From: an uncultured Candidatus Rokubacteria bacterium
GTDB taxonomy: Bacteria; Methylomirabilota; Methylomirabilia; Rokubacteriales; DASRDR01
Direction of reading: 5' to 3'
Assembly: GCA_963765195.1 (NCBI GenBank)
Contig: CAVXVV010000040.1
Span: forward strand, 4,754-68,753
Length of the DNA: 64,000 nt
This document shows positions 59,161-64,000 of the stretch, piece after piece (the first letter of the stretch is position 1; every line of letters begins with the position of its first letter). Both the position numbers and the translations under genes were made by a program. The notes under the pieces were generated by a model. The model was given only the letters and a program-made list of their open reading frames with translations. It was not told the origin of the DNA and did not search any database.

Positions 59161-60558
59161 ATGGACGACCTCTTGCGCGACACCGCTCACCGCGCCACCC
59201 GCTACCTCGAGGGCCTCGCGAGCCGCGGCGTGGCGCCCGCGCCGGCGGCCGTCGCGCGGCTCGAGGAGCTGGGCGGCCCGCTGCCCGACGGCCCGACCGA
59301 TCCGGCCGCCGTCGTGGCGCTGCTCGACGAGATCGCCGCGCCGGCCACGATCGTGAACGCCGGAGGCCGCTACTTCGGCTTCGTGAACGGGGGCTCCCTC
59401 CCGGCGGCCCTGGCGGCGAACTGGCTCGCGGGCGCCTGGGATCAGAACGCGGGCCCGAGCGTCGCCTCCCCGATGGGCGCGGCGCTGGAGGAGATCAGCG
59501 TCCAGTGGATCCGGGACGTGCTCGGGCTTCCGGCCACCGCGGGCGGAGGCCTCGTGACCGGGGGCACCATGGCCAACTTCGCCGGCCTGGCCGCCGCGCG
59601 CCACGCGCTGCTGCGACGCCAGGGGTGGGACGTCGAGCGGGACGGGATGTTCGGCGCGCCGCCGCTCACGGTGGTCGTCGGGAACGAGGTCCATGTGAGC
59701 GTGCTCAAGGCGCTGAGCCTGCTCGGGCTGGGGCGCGAGCGCGTCGTGCGGGTCCCGACCGACGCCCAGGGGCGGCTCCGCGCCGACCAGCTGCCGCCGC
59801 TCTCGAGCACGACGATCGTCTGCCTCCAGGCGGGCAACGTGAACACGGGCGCGCTCGATCCCGCCCACGCGGTCTGCGCCCGGGCGCGCGAGGCCGGGAG
59901 CTGGGTCCACGTGGACGGGGCGTTCGGCCTCTGGGCGGCGGCGGCGCCGGGGCGCCGTCATCTCGCGGCGGGCCTCGAGCTCGCCGATTCGTGGGCCACG
60001 GACTGCCACAAGTGGCTCAACGTCCCCTACGACTGCGGCGTCGTCCTGGTGCGCGACCCGCGCGACCTCGAGGCCGCGATGTCGGCGAGCGCCGCCACCT
60101 ACCTCGCGCAGGGCGCCGAGCGCCATCCCTTCCGGTACACGCCCGAGATGTCGCGCCGGGCGCGCGGGGTCGAGGTGTGGGCCGCGCTCCGGTCGCTCGG
60201 GCGCGCGGGGCTCGCGGAGCTGATCGAGCGGACGTGCCGGCACGCGACGCGGTTCGCCGAGGGCCTCCGCGCGGCGGGCTACACAGTGCTCAACGACGTG
60301 GTGCTGAACCAGGTCCTGGTGTCGTTCGGCGACGCGGAGACGACCAATCGCGTGATCGCCGCGATCCAGGAGGACGGCACCTGCTGGTGCGGCGGCACGG
60401 TCTGGCAGGGCCGCGCGGCGATGCGGATCAGCGTCTCCTCGTGGGCCACCACCGCGGAGGACGTCGACGCGAGCCTCGCCGCGATGCTCCGCGCCGCGCG
60501 ACGGATCGCGGCGCCGGCGGTCAGCCGCCAGCCGGAGGACGCGCGGGCGACGGGCTGA
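59161..60558 (+). CDS. Group II PLP-dependent amino-acid decarboxylase
   Basis: GGTMAN, HVSV, HVDGAFG, DCHKWLNVPYDCG. Confidence 0.9.
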   Translation: MDDLLRDTAHRATRYLEGLASRGVAPAPAAVARLEELGGPLPDGPTDPAAVVALLDEIAAPATIVNAGGRYFGFVNGGSLPAALAANWLAGAWDQNAGPSVASPMGAALEEISVQWIRDVLGLPATAGGGLVTGGTMANFAGLAAARHALLRRQGWDVERDGMFGAPPLTVVVGNEVHVSVLKALSLLGLGRERVVRVPTDAQGRLRADQLPPLSSTTIVCLQAGNVNTGALDPAHAVCARAREAGSWVHVDGAFGLWAAAAPGRRHLAAGLELADSWATDCHKWLNVPYDCGVVLVRDPRDLEAAMSASAATYLAQGAERHPFRYTPEMSRRARGVEVWAALRSLGRAGLAELIERTCRHATRFAEGLRAAGYTVLNDVVLNQVLVSFGDAETTNRVIAAIQEDGTCWCGGTVWQGRAAMRISVSSWATTAEDVDASLAAMLRAARRIAAPAVSRQPEDARATG

Positions 60559-60701
60559 GCCGCGCGCGGCGGTTGCCGATCCCGCCGAACCGTGCCACCC
60601 TGACGCCCGGCCGATTTCCGGACGCGCACGCAGGAGAAACCGCAGCCCGCACCGGCGGTCGCCGGGCTCGCCCCGGGCGACCCCCCACCGAGGAGGAGCA
60701 C

Positions 60702-61151
60702 GTGAAGCGCCAGGTCATCAGCACCGACAAGGGCCCCCGCACCGGTCTCCCCTACTCCCAGGGCATCCGTCACGGCGATCTCGTCTACGTGGCGGGGCAG
60801 GTCGCGCTCGATCCCGCCACCGGGCAGGTCGTGGCGGGCGGCATCCGCGAGCAGACGCGGCAGGTGCTCCAGAACGTGGAGGCGATCCTCCAGGCGGCGG
60901 GCACCTCGCTCGAGCACTCGGTCGAGTGCCTCTGCCTCCTCTCGGACATCGGCGACTTCGCGGCGTTCAACGAGGTCTACAGGACCTTCTTCCCGACGGA
61001 CCCGCCGGCGCGCACGACGGTCCAGGCGGTGCTCCCGCGGCCGGGGCTCCTGATCGAGATCCGGACCGTCGCCGCGATGCCGCCGGCCCGCGCCGCCGCG
61101 CGCGCCCGGAAGCCGGCCCGCCGCCCGCCCGCGAAGCGCCGCCGCCGGTAG
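60702..61151 (+). CDS. RidA/YjgF family protein with basic C-terminal tail
   Basis: PYSQG, AGQVALDP, FNEVY, PPARTTV, LIEI; GAGGAGGAG RBS. Confidence 0.9.
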   Translation: MKRQVISTDKGPRTGLPYSQGIRHGDLVYVAGQVALDPATGQVVAGGIREQTRQVLQNVEAILQAAGTSLEHSVECLCLLSDIGDFAAFNEVYRTFFPTDPPARTTVQAVLPRPGLLIEIRTVAAMPPARAAARARKPARRPPAKRRRR

Positions 61152-61225
61152 CTCGCGCCACACGCGGAAGCCGCCGCCCGCTCGGCCGAGCGCCGACGCG
61201 CGCGGCGACGTCCGCCAGGCGCGTG

Positions 61226-62944
61226 TCAGCCGGAGGCGCTCCCGCCAGGAGCCGCGACGGCGGCCCGAAGCCGTCCGATGTCCGTCAGGACGCGGACCAC
61301 GAGCGGCTCGCGGCGGTTCCGCAGCGTCAGCTCGTGGCGCTCCCAGTCCGAGACGTCGAGCCCGGCGCGGCGCGCCACGAGCTCCGAGATCACCAGGACG
61401 GCGTTGAAGTCCTTGGTGAGCTGCTCGAGCCGGCTGGCGACGTGGACCGTGTCGCCGACGGCCGTGAGGTAGTCCGCCGTCTTGTAGCCCATGCGGCCGA
61501 CGACCACCGGTCCGACGTGGATGCCGACGCCGATCCGGAGCGGCGCGTCGATCTCGCCGGCCAGGCTCCGGCTCAGCTCGGCCATCCGCTCGTGAAGCAG
61601 CGCCGCGGCGGCCAGCGCTTGCCGGCATCCGTCCTCGGAGGTCCCGTCCACGCCGAAGAGCGCCATCACGCCGTCGCCGGTGAACTGGTTGGCGATGCCG
61701 CCCACCTGCTCGATGGCGACGCCGACCGATTCGAAGTACCGGTTCAGGAAGAACACGACGTCGTAGGGCAGCCGGCGCTCGGCGAAGCGCGTGAAGCCGC
61801 GGATGTCGGCGAACAGGACCGCGACCTCCTGCTCCTGCCCCGAGGCCGACGCCGCGCGCCGCCCGCCCGCGACGGCCGTGGCGGTGGCCGGAAGGAGCGG
61901 AACGACGTCGACGTCGCGCGTCGGGCGCAGCTGACAGGCGAGGCGCACGTTGGGCGGCGCCCCCACGCGCCGGAGCACGCGCCGCTCCGCCTCGGCCGGG
62001 GGCACGAGATCCTCGCCGCCCCGGTCCACGCGCACGCGGCAGGTCGAGCAGCGGCCTCGCCCGCCGCAGACGGAGGCGTGCGGGATCCCGGCGAGGCGGC
62101 TCGCCTCGAGCACCGAGAAGCCTCGCGCGATGTGGACCTCGCGCCCGTCCGGATACCGGAGACGGACCGTGCCGCGCCGGCGCGCCCGCCAGGATCGTCC
62201 GGCCCGCGCGACGACGACGCCCACGAGCAGGGCGCCGTAGGTCCAGAGCAGGCTCTCGCGGATCGTGTCGAGCACGGCCGCCTCGGCGGGCGACGGCGCG
62301 CCCGCCGCCTGCTGCACCACCGCCGGGCCGCCCGCGGCCCTCGCGCGCGCCGCGGCCTCGCGGCCGCCCTCGACGAAGCCGAGGACCGCCAGCACGGGCA
62401 GGAGGAGCGCGACGCCGAACAGCGCGTAGCTCGCGCGGGGATACCAGGGGCGGAGGCGGAGCGAGGCGCGAAGCCCGAGGCACCCGTGGATCCAGGCCAG
62501 CGCGATCACGAGGACCTGACGGGCGCCGATGTCCGGGCGGAGCTCCCACAGCGCGAGGGCCACGAGGCTGTAGGAGTCCCGGTAGCCGTAGAGCTCGTGC
62601 GACACCCGCGTCCCCACGACGTGCGACACCAGCAGGACCGGCAGCACCAGCCCGAGGCCGAGCTGCCAGGCGTCGGCGGCCGGCAGCCGGAGATGCCGGC
62701 GCTGGTAGAGCGCCCAGAACGCGAGCGCGATGTGGGTCAGGGCGGCGCCGTACAGGAGAACCGTGCCGGGAAGGCTTCGCCAGAGGCCCGTGAACCACCA
62801 CCGTCCGGCCTCCATCGCGTCCAGCGAGACGAGGCCGAGGGCGTGGTTCAGGAGGTGGGTCGTGACGAAGGTGAACAGGATGAGGCCGGTGGTCAGCCGG
62901 AGCTGCCGCACCCAGGCCTGGCCGCGCCGGGACGGAGGCGCCAT
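61226..62944 (-). CDS. Class III adenylate cyclase with heme-binding membrane and 2Fe-2S ferredoxin domains (CyaC-like)
   Basis: HLLNHALG and other TM His; CGGRGRCSTC...RLACQ; FADIRGFT, GDGVMALF, GDTVHVASRL. Confidence 0.88.
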   Translation of the reverse strand: MAPPSRRGQAWVRQLRLTTGLILFTFVTTHLLNHALGLVSLDAMEAGRWWFTGLWRSLPGTVLLYGAALTHIALAFWALYQRRHLRLPAADAWQLGLGLVLPVLLVSHVVGTRVSHELYGYRDSYSLVALALWELRPDIGARQVLVIALAWIHGCLGLRASLRLRPWYPRASYALFGVALLLPVLAVLGFVEGGREAAARARAAGGPAVVQQAAGAPSPAEAAVLDTIRESLLWTYGALLVGVVVARAGRSWRARRRGTVRLRYPDGREVHIARGFSVLEASRLAGIPHASVCGGRGRCSTCRVRVDRGGEDLVPPAEAERRVLRRVGAPPNVRLACQLRPTRDVDVVPLLPATATAVAGGRRAASASGQEQEVAVLFADIRGFTRFAERRLPYDVVFFLNRYFESVGVAIEQVGGIANQFTGDGVMALFGVDGTSEDGCRQALAAAALLHERMAELSRSLAGEIDAPLRIGVGIHVGPVVVGRMGYKTADYLTAVGDTVHVASRLEQLTKDFNAVLVISELVARRAGLDVSDWERHELTLRNRREPLVVRVLTDIGRLRAAVAAPGGSASG

Positions 62945-62957
62945 TCACCCCATCATA

Positions 62958-63028
62958 GGGTCAGACTTTGACTTCTAAACAGTTCGGCCCGCGCGGCGGG
63001 AAATTGTTAAGAAGTCAAAGTCTGACCC
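62958..63028. repeat. REPIN-like hairpin with perfect 19-bp inverted arms
   Basis: GGGTCAGACTTTGACTTCT ... AGAAGTCAAAGTCTGACCC. Confidence 0.88.
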
Positions 63029-63030
63029 CG

Positions 63031-63818
63031 TCAGCGGCCGCGGAAGGCGGGGGGCGCTTCTCGGAGAAGGCCCGCACACCCTCGGCGAAGTCCTCGGTGT
63101 GGCCGCTCTGCGCGATGGCCTGGCTCTCGTGCTCCATCTGCGTCTCGAGGCTCTCGGTGGTCGAGAGGTGGAGGAGCCGCTTGCCCCGCCCCAGCGCGAG
63201 CGTCGGGCCCTGGGCGAGCTCCGCGGCGAGCGTGCGCACCGCCCCCGGGAACTCCGCGTCGGCGACGGCGCGGCTCGCGATCCCCCAGTCCACGGCCTCC
63301 TTCGCGGTGAGCACCCGGTTCGTGTAGAAGAGCTCCATCGCGCGCCGGATGCCGCAGAGGCGCGGCAGCCAGTAGGTCGAGGACCCGTCGGGCGTCGCCG
63401 CGATGCGCGAGTAGGCCATCGTGAACCGGGCGGACTCGGCGGCGATCACCAGATCGCCGGCCAGCGCCAGCGCGAGCCCGCCACCGGCGGCCACGCCGTT
63501 GACGGCGGTGATCACGGGCTTCGGCGTCCGCACGAGCCGCGAGACCACGCCGTGGATGTGGGTCGTCAGCTCCTTGAGGAGGATGCCGATCCGCGGCAGG
63601 GTCTGCACGAAGTCCTTGACGTCACCGCCGCCGCAGAAGGCCTTCCCCGCCCCGGTGAGGACGACGCAGCGCACCGCCGGGTCCTCGTCCACCTCGAGCA
63701 CCGCGTTGAAGAGCTCGCGGGCCAGCGCGAGGCTCAGCGCGTTGTAGGCGTCGGGCCGGTTCAGCGTGATGGTCGCGATGCCCTGGGCCACGTCGAGGGT
63801 GATCGTCTCGTAGCGCAT
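63031..63818 (-). CDS. Enoyl-CoA hydratase/isomerase
   Basis: LNRP..YNA, AFCGGGD, NGVAAGGG, PDGSST; natural end KRPPAFRGR* needs one extra C in the C6 run (track ORF runs to 63015). Confidence 0.9.
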
Positions 63819-63831
63819 CAGGCTCTCCTTG

Positions 63832-63916
63832 CGGGGTCAGCGCGCAACATGCCGGGGCCGGACCCCGACGCTCATTTGAACGCAGAGCAAGCAGGCGGCT
63901 CCGGGGTCTGACCCCG
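63832..63916. repeat. Degenerate REP-like cluster
   Basis: CGGGGTCAG...CGGGGCCGGACCCCG...CGGGGTCTGACCCCG. Confidence 0.6.
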
Positions 63917-64000
63917 CCCGCCAGCATTTTCCCACGCGCGCCGCGCTGGCCGCCAGCATGGGCCGTCGCGGCGAAGTCCGGTAGAATGAAGCCCGTGACC

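Overview
Very GC-rich bacterial chromosome segment. Gene style is consistent with Ca. Rokubacteria/Methylomirabilota, but that is inference only. Bases 1-10.8 kb are the right arm of an integrated element that ends in a large serine recombinase whose 3' end runs into tRNA-Glu(CTC), next to tRNA-Gln(CTG). The arm carries a DUF2997-like gene end, several small orphan ORFs, a Ycf46-type AAA+ ATPase, a DUF3150-like protein, a UvrD helicase and a 4-Cys PD-(D/E)XK nuclease, with no virion or conjugation genes in view. The rest is metabolic backbone: futalosine-type menaquinone genes, two ABC systems, sigma54-driven PII-amtB, PEPCK, aminotransferases, SDRs, a CHASE2/HD-GYP protein and a heme/2Fe-2S adenylate cyclase. 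It also holds an IS630, an IS1380 and a family of GGGGTCAG...CTGACCCC REP-like palindromes. Signals the ORF track misses: a split thioredoxin-fold gene that reads as a UxxC selenoprotein with a SECIS-like hairpin; a coupled 25-aa membrane peptide with a second UGA+hairpin; a sigma54 promoter with an NrdR-like box and four tandem hairpin repeats ahead of two orphan genes; and the IS630 sitting inside a REP copy. Several frameshifts may be long-read indel errors. All family assignments come from motif recognition, not database searches.
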